Origin: an uncultured Solirubrobacterales bacterium
Lineage (GTDB): Bacteria; Actinomycetota; Thermoleophilia; Solirubrobacterales; Solirubrobacteraceae
Assembly: GCA_963702085.1 (NCBI GenBank)
Contig: OY969707.1
Span: forward strand, 1,071,005 to 1,135,004
Direction of reading: 5' to 3'
DNA: 64,000 nucleotides
In this document: in pieces, positions 31,692 to 41,320 of the stretch
Layout of the letters: each line of letters starts with the position of its first letter
How positions within the stretch are numbered: position 1 is the stretch's first letter
Notes under the pieces: model-generated
Database searches by the model: none
What the model saw: only the letters and a program-made list of their open reading frames with translations
Told to the model about the DNA's origin: nothing
Position numbers and translations under genes: made by a program

Positions 31692-33190
31692 TGGCGGCCG
31701 AGAACGGCAACCAGGTGGACCACGAGGCCGGCCGCGGGATCGGCGACCAGATCGAGCGCTACCGCACGGCGTTCCTGGCGGTCGTGGCGATGATCGTGAT
31801 CGCCGCGGGGTCCGCCGGCTACATCCTCGCCCACGAGCGCCTTTCGGTGCCCGCGTGGGTGCCGGTCCTCGGCCACGAATCGTTCCCGCTGAAAGGCGAA
31901 TTCACGACCGGCCAGGCGATCACCCCCGGCCAGGGCCAGTCGGTCGAGATCGCGGGCGCCAAGATCGGCGAAATCTCGAGCGTCGAATTGGTCGACGGCA
32001 GGGCGGTGGTTAGCATGAGCGTGACGCCCAAGTACGCCGCCGACATCTACCGCAACGCCACGATGCTGCTGCGCCCCAAGACGGGGCTGAAGGACGAGAC
32101 GGTCGAGGTCAACCCCGGTAGCCCCTCGGCGGGGCGGGTGCCCAAGGGGTACACCGTCCCGATCACCCAGACCTCCCCGGACGGCAACCTCGAGGAACTG
32201 CTCGCCTCGCTGGACACCGACACGCGCGCCTACCTGCAGGAGCTGCTGGCCGGGGCCGGCGAAGGGCTGGCGGGGAACGGCGCCAACCTCTCCGCGACCT
32301 TCAAGCGCTTCGATCCGCTCGCCCGCGAGTTCCAGGAAATCGGCCGCGAAGTAGCCAAGCGCCAGTACTACGTTGCCCACGGGATCCACAACTTCCGCCT
32401 GCTGCTGGAAGCGCTCGGCAGCAAGGACACTCAGCTTGCCCAGGCGGTCGACTCCTCCAACGCGGTGTTCGCGACCTTCACGGCGCAGGACCGCGCGGTG
32501 CAGGAAACCCTGCGCGAGCTGCCCGGTGTGCTGACGCAGGCCAACCACGGCTTCGGCAAGCTCGCCACCTCGGTTCGCGTGGTCGGCTCCACACTGCACT
32601 CCCTGGAGCCGTTCGCCAAGGCGCTCGCGCCTGCCCAGCGCGCCGCGCAGGAGTCCTTCCGCACGACCACCCCGATCTTCAAGCACGAAATCCGGCCGTT
32701 CTTCCGCAAGATCCTGCCGGTCATCAACCAACTGCAGCCCTCGCTGCAGGACTTCGCGCAGGCCACCCCCGACCTGACCACGAGCTTCACCGTGCTCAGC
32801 GAATTCTTCAACGAGCTCGCCTACAACCCCGGCCCCAACCAGGCCGGCTTCCTGTTCTTCGCGGACTGGGGCGCACACGACCTCGACAGCGTGGTCTCCC
32901 AGGGCGAAGCCCACGGTGCGATCGGTCAGGTGCTGCTGTACTTCAACTGCGAACTGGTGCCGATCCTGACCGGCGTGGCCGAAGTTGACCCCACGGCAAA
33001 ACTGATCCTGGGCCTGCTCAATCCGCCGAGCGCGTCGCTGTGCAAATCGGCCGCGGCGAGCGGCACGTCCGCGGCCAAAGCCGCAAGCGTGCACGGTGTC
33101 AGCTCGGCGGCGCGGCTGGCGGATCGCGTCTTCGGCCAGGGACCCGACGTCGCCGCGCTGGCGCAGGCCCCGATCGGCGGAGGTCGCTGA
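31688..33190 (+). CDS. MCE family protein 5
   Basis: QSVEIAGAKIGEI..LRPKTGLKD..VEVNPG; ATGA overlap. Confidence 0.92.
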   Translation: MMAAENGNQVDHEAGRGIGDQIERYRTAFLAVVAMIVIAAGSAGYILAHERLSVPAWVPVLGHESFPLKGEFTTGQAITPGQGQSVEIAGAKIGEISSVELVDGRAVVSMSVTPKYAADIYRNATMLLRPKTGLKDETVEVNPGSPSAGRVPKGYTVPITQTSPDGNLEELLASLDTDTRAYLQELLAGAGEGLAGNGANLSATFKRFDPLAREFQEIGREVAKRQYYVAHGIHNFRLLLEALGSKDTQLAQAVDSSNAVFATFTAQDRAVQETLRELPGVLTQANHGFGKLATSVRVVGSTLHSLEPFAKALAPAQRAAQESFRTTTPIFKHEIRPFFRKILPVINQLQPSLQDFAQATPDLTTSFTVLSEFFNELAYNPGPNQAGFLFFADWGAHDLDSVVSQGEAHGAIGQVLLYFNCELVPILTGVAEVDPTAKLILGLLNPPSASLCKSAAASGTSAAKAASVHGVSSAARLADRVFGQGPDVAALAQAPIGGGR

Positions 33191-33191
33191 G

Positions 33192-34754
33192 ATGCAGAAG
33201 CGCGCCCCGACGCTGGCGAACGTCCTCGTGATCGTGCTCTTCGCGCTCAGCTGCTTCGGCCTGCTGCTGTTCCTGTGGGAGTCCTTCGGCGGCCCGGTGC
33301 CGCTGAAGCCCAAGGGCTACCGCTTCTCGGTCGAGCTCTCGCGCACCCTCGCCCTCGGCGAAGAGTCCGACGTACGCATCTCCGGCGTCAAAGTCGGACA
33401 CGTCGTGAGCCTCAAAGTCGGCTCGAACGGGTTCACCGACGTGACCGTCGAAATGAACCACCAGTACGCGCCGGTGCCTACCAACGACCGCATGATCCTG
33501 CGCCAGAAGACGCTGCTGGGGGAGACCTACATAGAACTGCTCCCGCGGCGCACCCCGGCGCGAGCGCTGCCCGACGGCGGGCAGATCTCGGCCAGCCAGG
33601 TCCAACCGGCGGTGACGCTCGACGACATCCTCTCCGCGCTCGACCCCCGCACGCGCGCCGCCTTCAAAGCGTGGCAGCAGCTCACGGCCGCCGCGTACAA
33701 CGGGCGCGGGGAACAGATCAACTCGGACTTCGCCGAATTCCAGCCGTTCGTGGAAAACGCCAACAAGCTGGTGGGCATCCTCGACGAACAGGAAGGTGCG
33801 CTGCGGGCGACAGTGCACAACACCGGCGTGGTGTTCGACGCGCTCACCGAACGTGACGACCAACTCCGCGGGTTCATCGTCAATGGCGAGCGCACCTTCC
33901 ACGCGCTCGCCCAGAGCAGCGCGCAGTTCGCGGACGCCTTCCGGGAGCTGCCCACCTTTGAGCACCGCGGGGAGGCGACGCTGCGCGAACTGGACAACCT
34001 CGCGACCGCCGCGGGCCCCGTGCTGGACGAGTCCTACGCGTGGGAGCGCGAGCTCGTCCCGCTGCTGGAAGGCGTAAAGGCGTTCACCCCAGACTTCAAC
34101 AACCTGCTCACCGACTTCGGTCCGTTCACGAGTGCCTCCAAGCGGGGCCTGCCGGCGTTCGAACGCACGCTCAGCCTGCTCACGCCGCTGCTCGGCAACG
34201 TCGGCCCGGTGCTGCGCAACTTCGACCCGTTCCTGAAGTTCACCGGCGACTACGTCCCCGAGCTGCAGTCGTTCTTCGCCAACGTCACCGCCGCCACCGA
34301 GGCGCACGACAAAAACTCCGACATCTCAAACGGCCAGATCCAGCATTACCTGCGTGGTCTTGTGACGATCGCCCCTGAAGGCCTCGCGGTCTACACCAAA
34401 CGGATCGGCACCAACCGCGCCAACCCCTACTTCCAGCCGGGCGGCTTCCGCACGCTGGGCAACGGCGGCTTGCAGGTCTTCAGCACGGCGGCCTGCGCCG
34501 ACTCGGCTCCCTCGGTCGACCCGGCGTCGGCCAACGGGGTGGTGTCGAAAGAACTCCTCGAACAGCTGACCGGGCGCTGGACCGAAACGAAGCCCGGCAA
34601 GCCGCCGGTCCATCAGGAAGAGCCGGCCGTCGCCAACGGACCCGAAAGCACGACCAACACGGTCGCGGCGCCCGCGTGCAACCAGCAGGCTCCCTTCACG
34701 TGGGAAGGCGTGACCAGCCAGTTCCCGCACGTCACGCCGCCAGCGGCGAAGTAG
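33192..34754 (+). CDS. MCE family protein 6
   Basis: SDVRISGVKVGHV..LRQKTLLGETYIEL. Confidence 0.92.
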   Translation: MQKRAPTLANVLVIVLFALSCFGLLLFLWESFGGPVPLKPKGYRFSVELSRTLALGEESDVRISGVKVGHVVSLKVGSNGFTDVTVEMNHQYAPVPTNDRMILRQKTLLGETYIELLPRRTPARALPDGGQISASQVQPAVTLDDILSALDPRTRAAFKAWQQLTAAAYNGRGEQINSDFAEFQPFVENANKLVGILDEQEGALRATVHNTGVVFDALTERDDQLRGFIVNGERTFHALAQSSAQFADAFRELPTFEHRGEATLRELDNLATAAGPVLDESYAWERELVPLLEGVKAFTPDFNNLLTDFGPFTSASKRGLPAFERTLSLLTPLLGNVGPVLRNFDPFLKFTGDYVPELQSFFANVTAATEAHDKNSDISNGQIQHYLRGLVTIAPEGLAVYTKRIGTNRANPYFQPGGFRTLGNGGLQVFSTAACADSAPSVDPASANGVVSKELLEQLTGRWTETKPGKPPVHQEEPAVANGPESTTNTVAAPACNQQAPFTWEGVTSQFPHVTPPAAK

Positions 34755-34855
34755 GTGCTGCCCGCACCGTCGGCGGTGCGCTGGAGCCCGCCGGCTGCCC
34801 CCATCGGCGGCCGGGCTGGTTGGGGGGTGTCGGTGCGCTCAGACGCCGACGGTTC

Positions 34856-35530
34856 TCAGGCGGGCGCTCGCTTAGCATACGCCGCCACCATCGCCCGGTG
34901 GTGGCCCAGGTAGGGCAGCAGCGCGAAGTACGCCAGGTCGCCACACAGGCGGGGCAGTTCGCCGGTGCGGTCGGCCAGCGCGCGGTGGTGCAGGACCGAG
35001 GCGATCCCGCCCACCATCGCTTCGGAGATGTAGGAGGGTAGGTGGTCGGGGTCGGCGCAGTGGAAGCGCCCCTCCTCCAGCAGCGGCGGGAAGATCCTCA
35101 ACAGCGCGTAGTGGCGCTCGCTGGCGGCGGGGCCCGCGCTGAGGCACTCCACGAGCACCACGCGTGCGCCGTCGGGGTCCTCCGCGAGCGCTCTCATCAG
35201 GGCCTCGAGTCCCGCGCGGACCCGCTCGGGCCAGGGGACCGCACGCTGTGCCGCCTCCTGCACCCTGCTCTCCGTCCGGGCGATCACCGCGTCGAGCGCC
35301 TGCAGGAAGCAGTCCTCCTTGTTCGCGAAGTGCTCTTCGAAGAGCGCCGCCGGGACTCCAGCGGTCTGCAGCACGCGCTCCACGGTGGTGCGATCGTAGC
35401 CCCGGTAGGATGCCGTGGCGATCATCGCGTCGAGCACGCGGATGCGGGGGTTGGGGGAGCGGCCCGCCGCCGAAAGACAAGGGCTGGCGGTGGAGTCCCG
35501 TGGGGCGCCGAGGTGGCTGCTGTGCAACAT
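34856..35530 (-). CDS. TetR/AcrR-family regulator
   Basis: RVLDAMIATASYRGYDRTTVERVLQTAGV...FEEHFANKEDCF HTH. Confidence 0.85.
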   Translation of the reverse strand: MLHSSHLGAPRDSTASPCLSAAGRSPNPRIRVLDAMIATASYRGYDRTTVERVLQTAGVPAALFEEHFANKEDCFLQALDAVIARTESRVQEAAQRAVPWPERVRAGLEALMRALAEDPDGARVVLVECLSAGPAASERHYALLRIFPPLLEEGRFHCADPDHLPSYISEAMVGGIASVLHHRALADRTGELPRLCGDLAYFALLPYLGHHRAMVAAYAKRAPA

Positions 35531-35655
35531 CGTTCCTCCCTCCCTGCCCGGCGAAGGAGCGGGTGGAGGAGCGCGACCGCTGTCCGGTCGAGCCGTGGCT
35601 GAGGCCGCGTTTTCCAGGCGCTGAATCCCGGACTGTGAGTTTCCTCTCCCCGCAA

Positions 35656-35685
35656 AGAGTAGTCCTGCCGGCACCACGTTGTCAA
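35656..35685 (-). promoter_or_regulatory. Sigma70-type promoter candidate for the TetR gene
   Basis: Minus strand TTGACA (35685-35680), 18-nt spacer, TACTCT (35661-35656). Confidence 0.5.
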
Positions 35686-35730
35686 GGGCACTCGCCCGCG
35701 TCTCCTCCAGAGCCCTCGGCGGGCCTGCGA

Positions 35731-36381
35731 TCAGGCGATCCCGTTGATCCTCGGCCGGTCTGCCGCGGGCACTGTTTCGCCGGCCGGTCTGCTGTCGGAG
35801 GGTTGCGCAGGCACGCTGACGAAGCGCAACCGGTAGCGGCCCACCACGATCTCGTCGCCGTCCTCGAGCATCCGCCACTCGATCCGCTCGCCGTTGACGA
35901 ACACGCCGTTGAGGCTGCGATCGTCGAGCACCCGTACCCCGTCGGGTTGACGCACCAGCAGGGCGTGCCGGCGCGAGACGGTGGGGTCGTCGAAGCGCAC
36001 GTCCGCCGCGAGGCTGCGCCCTACGCGGGTCCACTCGTGAGTCAGCGCCTGCACCGTGGTCTCCTCGTCCTCCTCGTAGGCGAGGTACTCCCCCGGCTGC
36101 TCGATCCGCTCCCTGACCTCCGCGAGCCACGCCTCCTCGCGCTCGTCGGCCTGCTCGGCGATTCTGCCGCCTCCCTCCGAGCCGACGTGGACGCCTTCGG
36201 TGGCGGTCTCTCCCCCGAGCCGTCCGGCGCTGAACAGCGAGGCGCGCACGAAGCTCGCGCCCCCGCAGCCGGGGCAGTCGCTCAGCCTGTCCGAGGCCGC
36301 CAGGGTCAGGACGTAGCCGCAGTGCTGGCAGCGAAAGGATCCCGCTCCCGCCAGCGTGCCCGAGGTCAGTGACTCCACCAT
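35731..36381 (-). CDS. Zinc-ribbon + FHA domain protein
   Basis: CQHCG..CPGCG at the N-terminus; VGRS..VSRRHA..SLNGVFVNG FHA motif. Confidence 0.9.
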   Translation of the reverse strand: MVESLTSGTLAGAGSFRCQHCGYVLTLAASDRLSDCPGCGGASFVRASLFSAGRLGGETATEGVHVGSEGGGRIAEQADEREEAWLAEVRERIEQPGEYLAYEEDEETTVQALTHEWTRVGRSLAADVRFDDPTVSRRHALLVRQPDGVRVLDDRSLNGVFVNGERIEWRMLEDGDEIVVGRYRLRFVSVPAQPSDSRPAGETVPAADRPRINGIA

Positions 36382-36635
36382 CTCAGCGCTCCTGTTCTCC
36401 CGTTGGTTTACGGCTTGGCGCCCAGCTTGCCAGCGAAACCTTGTGGCGATCATAACGAGACTTTCCCCGAGAGGTCTAAAAGGCTTGTAATTTTCTGGAG
36501 GCCGCAGCGCTTCGCGGGCTCGGCACATCTGAGGCAGGGGCAGAACTGGGGTAGCTGGGTTCTTCTACCCCCGGCTCGCCTCCTCCAAACCGGGGCCCTG
36601 GAGGAGACCGGCGCCGGGCGGCGAAACCCCGTGGC

Positions 36636-36896
36636 ATGTCCCCCGCGACCGTCACGGACATCGATCGGTTCGAGCGCGTCCTGCTGCGCCGTGGTGTCGG
36701 GGTGCTCACGGCCGATCGCAACCATTGCGCGGATTGCGGGCGCACCCCGCTGGTGGGGGAGCGGGTGCACCTCTACGGCGGCGCCGTCGTCTGCGAGCTG
36801 TGCCGCTCGGCACGCCGCGACGCGCCTGGGGCCACTGAGACGGTGCGCCACACCGAGCGTGGCCACGGCGTCCGCCTCGCCGCTCGGGCAGCGTAG
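36636..36896 (+). CDS. Small putative zinc-finger protein
   Basis: CADC..CELC motif pair in 86 aa. Confidence 0.65.
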   Translation: MSPATVTDIDRFERVLLRRGVGVLTADRNHCADCGRTPLVGERVHLYGGAVVCELCRSARRDAPGATETVRHTERGHGVRLAARAA

Positions 36897-36936
36897 TCGG
36901 GCCGCCGGCCCTCGGCGTAGTCGGGCCGCCGGCCCT
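36891..36936. repeat. 22-bp direct repeat x2
   Basis: GCGTAGTCGGGCCGCCGGCCCT at 36891 and 36915. Confidence 0.85.
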
Positions 36937-36954
36937 TATAGACTGCCGCACGCG

Positions 36955-37449
36955 ATGGACCCCGTGACCGTGTCGATCCTCATCGACGCTCCCCGCGAGC
37001 GAGTCTTCGAGTACCTGCAGGACCTCGCCAACCACTCCGAGTTCACCGACCACTACCTCCACGACTGGCACCTCACCCGCGAGAACTCGGTGGGTCGCGG
37101 GGCGGGAGCGCGCTTCCGCGTGGCTGCCCCCGGCAACCGCTTCAGCTGGGGTGACGTGACCTTCGCGGAGGTGGACGCGCCGCACCGTATCGTCGAGGTC
37201 GGCCGCGGCGGCAAGAACAACCGCGTGCGCACCCTCGGTGTCTACGAGCTCGCCCCCGACGCGGGTGGCACCACGCGCGTGCGGTTCACCGTGGAGACCC
37301 AGCCCCACACGCTCTCCGACCGCCTCCTGGAGTCCTTCGGCGCGCGCGGGTGGCTGCGGCGCAAGAACCTGAAGGCGCTGCGCCGCCTGCGCTCGATCAT
37401 CGAGACCGGAGAGGGGCGCGGCCGGCGCGTCACGGTCGCCGGCGGGTAA
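36955..37449 (+). CDS. SRPBCC-family protein
   Basis: VTVSILIDAPRERVFEYLQDLANH start; C-terminal helix LRRLRSIIE. Confidence 0.88.
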   Translation: MDPVTVSILIDAPRERVFEYLQDLANHSEFTDHYLHDWHLTRENSVGRGAGARFRVAAPGNRFSWGDVTFAEVDAPHRIVEVGRGGKNNRVRTLGVYELAPDAGGTTRVRFTVETQPHTLSDRLLESFGARGWLRRKNLKALRRLRSIIETGEGRGRRVTVAGG

Positions 37450-37462
37450 ACTGCCGCGTCGC

Positions 37463-38050
37463 ATGTCTCGCCTTTCGCGCAACTCCGTCCTCGCCGCCCT
37501 CGCCGTGTTCGCGGCGCTTGCCCTTGGGGCCTGCGGGGAGTCCCACACGCGGGTCACGACCGGCACCTACGCTGGGTCCTCCGGCAAGAACGCCCCCTAC
37601 CTCAACGTGGGGCCGCTCGTCTACGAGGTCCAGATCTCCCGCGAGCTGAACCCCTACGACACCGAAGACTCCACCTACCTCGCCGGCCTCACCCCCGCCC
37701 AGCGGCAGCTGCACCCCGGGGAAGAGTGGTTCGGGGTGTTCATGCAGGTCTACAACAACACCGGCCTGCCCCACCCCGTGGCTAGGGACCTCACGGTCAC
37801 CGACACCGAAGGCAACGTCTACTACCCGATCCTCCCCGACGCCACCAACCTCTTCGCCTACCGCGCCGGGTACGTGGCCGCCAACAACCGGGTCCCCGCC
37901 CCCGACACCGTCGCCTCCGAGGGCCCCACCCAGGGGGCGGTACTGCTGTACAAGATCAAGGTCCTCTCCCTCTCCAATCGCCCCCTCACGCTGAAGGTCG
38001 TCGACCCCGGCGACGCCACACAGACGGCCTCTGCGGAACTGGACGTTTAG
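37463..38050 (+). CDS. Hypothetical lipoprotein
   Basis: LALGAC lipobox; beta-rich domain. Confidence 0.75.
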   Translation: MSRLSRNSVLAALAVFAALALGACGESHTRVTTGTYAGSSGKNAPYLNVGPLVYEVQISRELNPYDTEDSTYLAGLTPAQRQLHPGEEWFGVFMQVYNNTGLPHPVARDLTVTDTEGNVYYPILPDATNLFAYRAGYVAANNRVPAPDTVASEGPTQGAVLLYKIKVLSLSNRPLTLKVVDPGDATQTASAELDV

Positions 38051-39951
38051 CCGCCCGGCTGCAGGGCCGCTTCGATAACCTGCCGCGCCACCGGCGCCGC
38101 GGTCGCCCCACCCGCGCCGTCGCGCACCATCAGCACCCCCACGGCGATCTTCGGGTGCAACGCCGGGGCGAACGCCGCGAACCACGCGTCGGTGTTCTGT
38201 GGGTTGCTCTGTTCGGCGGCGCAGCTGTTCGCTTCGGAGGAGTGTTCCTTGGAGGTGTGTTCTTCGCCTTCTGCGGGCTTCTGTTCGGAGCCGCTCTTGC
38301 CACACGAGGTTGGGCTTGCCAATTCCGCGGTGCCCGTCTTGCCCGCCACCACCACCCCCGGGATCGCCGCCGCGGTGCCCGTGCCGTAGCGCACCACGTC
38401 GATCATCATGCCCCGTACCGTGCGCGCCGTCCCCGCGCTGATCGCACGCACCGCTCGGTGGCTTGCGCCGGGTGCGGGCACGAGGCTGGGCGTCGGCCGC
38501 CGGCCCCCGTCGGCGATCGTCGCCGCCACGGTCGCCATCTCCAGGGGGCTCGCCAGCACCTGGTCCTGGCCGATCGCCGTGGAGCCCACCGCCAGTTCCC
38601 CCTGGATCTGAGCCGCCGGAGGGAGGGTGCTCTCGGCCGCGCCCGGGACCCCCGGGGGGTGGTTGAAGCCGAACCGTTCCGCCGTCGCCACCAGCCGCGC
38701 CGCCCCCAACTTCACCCCCAGCGGGGCGAACACCGAGTTGCACGACGCCGCGAACGCTTCCACCAGCGAGCCCCCGCAGGACTCCCCGTTGGCGTTGTGC
38801 AGTTCCACCCCGTCCAGCGTCGCCTCCGTCGCGTCGGCGAACGTGCTCCGTGGGTTGGCAACCCCCGCCTGCAGCACCCCGCTTACGGTGACCATCTTGA
38901 ACGTCGACCCCGGTGGCTGCAGCGCTTCCAGGGCGATCCCTGCCACCGCGAGCACCTGGCCGCTGGCCGGTTCCAACGCGATCACCCCCCCGTACTGGCC
39001 CCCCAGCGCGCTCACCGCGGCGCTCTGCAACGCGGGGGCGATCGTGGTACGCACCGTGCGCCCCGCGTGTGGGGCGACGCTCGCCAGCACCCGCTCGTCG
39101 CCTGCGCCCGCGGTGGCGGTCGGCGACTGGCCGGCTGGAGCGCGGACCGCGAGCAGTTCGCCCCCCGGGGTGCCCCGCAGCCGTTCGTCTTCCGCGAGCT
39201 CCAGGCCGCTCACCCCCACGATCGCGTTGCCCGGCACTCCCTGCGCTTCGAGTGCCTGGCGGCGGCCGGCGGGGGCCGGCCCCACTTCGCCCACCACCGC
39301 GTCCGCCGCCGCGCCCAGCGGCGAGCTGCGCTGCCCCGCCGCGCTTGCCGGCCCTTCCGCGAGCACCGACCCGTTGCGCGCCTCCAGCGCCGCTCTCGGG
39401 GGCAGCGCGGTGCGCCTGCTCAACGCCTCGCCTGCCCGCAGGCCCGGGAAGGCCAGCGAGCGCGACCACACCACCCGCACTTCCTGCGCTTCGGGCCCCG
39501 TGACCGTTGGCAGCCTGAAGCTCTCTGCGAGGGTGCCGAACAGGTGCGTGCGCACTCGCACCGGCACCACCTCCACGCCGCCCGCCGCTCCCCGTGCGGC
39601 GCCCGTCACCTGCTCGCTGCTGGCGGTCGCCGTCGTCAGGTCTTCCTGGTAGGCCTGCGCGAATTCGCTCGCCCCCACCTTCCGCTGGGAGGCGAGGGAG
39701 AGCTCGCCGTACATCGTCGCGTAGTCCCCCCGCGCCCACGCCGCCGCGAAGCGCGCCGCGAGCGCGGGTGCGGCCGATGAGGAGGAGTGCTCCGCGCCCA
39801 CGATCGCCCCCACCGCGAACGCCGCCGCCGCCAGCGCGATCACCGGTCTCGCGCGCCGTGTGCGCAGGCTGCTGGCGCTCTGGAGGTCCCTGCTGCGGTG
39901 GCCTGTCCTCTGTGGCCGCCCGCCCCGGCTGGAAGAGGATGGGACAGTCAT
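38047..39951 (-). CDS. Class B penicillin-binding transpeptidase
   Basis: PGSTFK (SxxK), SCN (SxN), AGKTGTAE (KTG), AWFAAFAP. Confidence 0.93.
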   Translation of the reverse strand: MTVPSSSSRGGRPQRTGHRSRDLQSASSLRTRRARPVIALAAAAFAVGAIVGAEHSSSSAAPALAARFAAAWARGDYATMYGELSLASQRKVGASEFAQAYQEDLTTATASSEQVTGAARGAAGGVEVVPVRVRTHLFGTLAESFRLPTVTGPEAQEVRVVWSRSLAFPGLRAGEALSRRTALPPRAALEARNGSVLAEGPASAAGQRSSPLGAAADAVVGEVGPAPAGRRQALEAQGVPGNAIVGVSGLELAEDERLRGTPGGELLAVRAPAGQSPTATAGAGDERVLASVAPHAGRTVRTTIAPALQSAAVSALGGQYGGVIALEPASGQVLAVAGIALEALQPPGSTFKMVTVSGVLQAGVANPRSTFADATEATLDGVELHNANGESCGGSLVEAFAASCNSVFAPLGVKLGAARLVATAERFGFNHPPGVPGAAESTLPPAAQIQGELAVGSTAIGQDQVLASPLEMATVAATIADGGRRPTPSLVPAPGASHRAVRAISAGTARTVRGMMIDVVRYGTGTAAAIPGVVVAGKTGTAELASPTSCGKSGSEQKPAEGEEHTSKEHSSEANSCAAEQSNPQNTDAWFAAFAPALHPKIAVGVLMVRDGAGGATAAPVARQVIEAALQPGG

Positions 39952-39989
39952 CGCTCTACGCCGGTTCTCACAACGCGGAACGGTAGAAC

Positions 39990-41159
39990 ATGGGCGTGAC
40001 GTCGCTCGACTGGGCAATCCTCCTGTTCGTCGCCCTCCTCGCCCTCTTCGGCCTGCGGCAAGGGTTCATCGTGGGCGTGCTCTCCTTCGGGGGCTTCGCG
40101 CTTGGCGCGTTCGTCGGAACCCGCGTCGGTCCGCTGCTGCTTCCCCAGGGCTCCTCCTCGCCCTACGCCCCCGCCTTCGGCCTCGTCGGTGCGATCCTCG
40201 CCGGGGCGATCCTCGCCACCGGCTTGGAGGGGCTTGGCTGGCGGCTGCGCAGCTCCACTCGCTTGATTCCGGGTGTCGGCCTGCTCGACGGCGCGTTGGG
40301 CGCGCTGCTCTCCGCCGCGGTGGGCCTCGGGATCGTGTGGATCGTCGCCGCCGTCGCCGCGCAGATCCCCACGGCCACCACGCTGCGCGCCGACATCCAG
40401 CGCTCGGCGATCCTGCGCGATCTCAACGGGCTGCTGCCGCCCTCCGGCCCGATCCTGGGCGCGCTCTCGCGCCTGGACCCGCTGCCCTCGATCCCCGGAC
40501 CGCTGCCCGCGCTCGCGGCGCCCCCGCCGCGCATCGCCGGCGCCCCCGGGGTGCAGGCCGCCTCGCGCTCGGTCGTGCGTGTGCTCGGCACCGCGTGCGG
40601 CCTGGCGATCGAGGGCTCCGGGTGGGTCGCGCGGCCCGAAGAGGTCCTCACCAACGCCCACGTCGTCGCGGGCGAGGACGACACCACCGTGGAGGTCGAA
40701 GGGCGCCCCCCCGGCCTCCCCGCGCAGGCGATCGCCTTCGACCCCACGGTCGACCTCGCGCTGCTGCGTGTCCCCGGTCTCGGGCTCCCCTCGCTGAGCC
40801 TCGTCTCGACCCCCCCCGGGGGGCGCGCGGGGGCGATCCTCGGGTACCCCGAAAACGGGCCCTTCGACGTCCAGGCCGCGCGCATCGGGCCGTCCGCGCA
40901 GGTGCTCACGCAGAACGCCTACGGTCAGGGGCCCGTCTCCCGCCTGCTCACCCCCCTGCGCGGCCTCGTGCGCCCCGGCAACTCCGGGGGCCCCGTCGTG
41001 GACTCCGCGGGCGGCGTCCTCACCACGCTCTTCGCCGGTACCACCGGCGCCGGGCCCCCGGGTGGCTACGGGGTCGCCAACGCCACCGTCACCCACCTCC
41101 TCGAAACGGCCGGCGGGGCGGGCGGGTCGGTTGGCACCGGGCCCTGCGACACCGCGTGA
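39990..41159 (+). CDS. marP: MarP-family membrane serine protease (CvpA + trypsin domain)
   Basis: Four N-terminal TMs; LTNAHVVAG, DLALL, PGNSGGP catalytic triad motifs. Confidence 0.88.
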   Translation: MGVTSLDWAILLFVALLALFGLRQGFIVGVLSFGGFALGAFVGTRVGPLLLPQGSSSPYAPAFGLVGAILAGAILATGLEGLGWRLRSSTRLIPGVGLLDGALGALLSAAVGLGIVWIVAAVAAQIPTATTLRADIQRSAILRDLNGLLPPSGPILGALSRLDPLPSIPGPLPALAAPPPRIAGAPGVQAASRSVVRVLGTACGLAIEGSGWVARPEEVLTNAHVVAGEDDTTVEVEGRPPGLPAQAIAFDPTVDLALLRVPGLGLPSLSLVSTPPGGRAGAILGYPENGPFDVQAARIGPSAQVLTQNAYGQGPVSRLLTPLRGLVRPGNSGGPVVDSAGGVLTTLFAGTTGAGPPGGYGVANATVTHLLETAGGAGGSVGTGPCDTA

Positions 41160-41320
41160 GGCCGGCGCGCGAGGCCGGCGCGTCGGTCGGGCGCGCCTCG
41201 CTCGGGGATCGTGGCCCGCCCACCCGGAGGCCCAGCGCGCACCCGCTCGGCGGCGGCACCCACCCGCGCGGACGTCCCCAAAAAAGACCCCTGTGAGACC
41301 AACCAGCTAGGCTGACCTCC

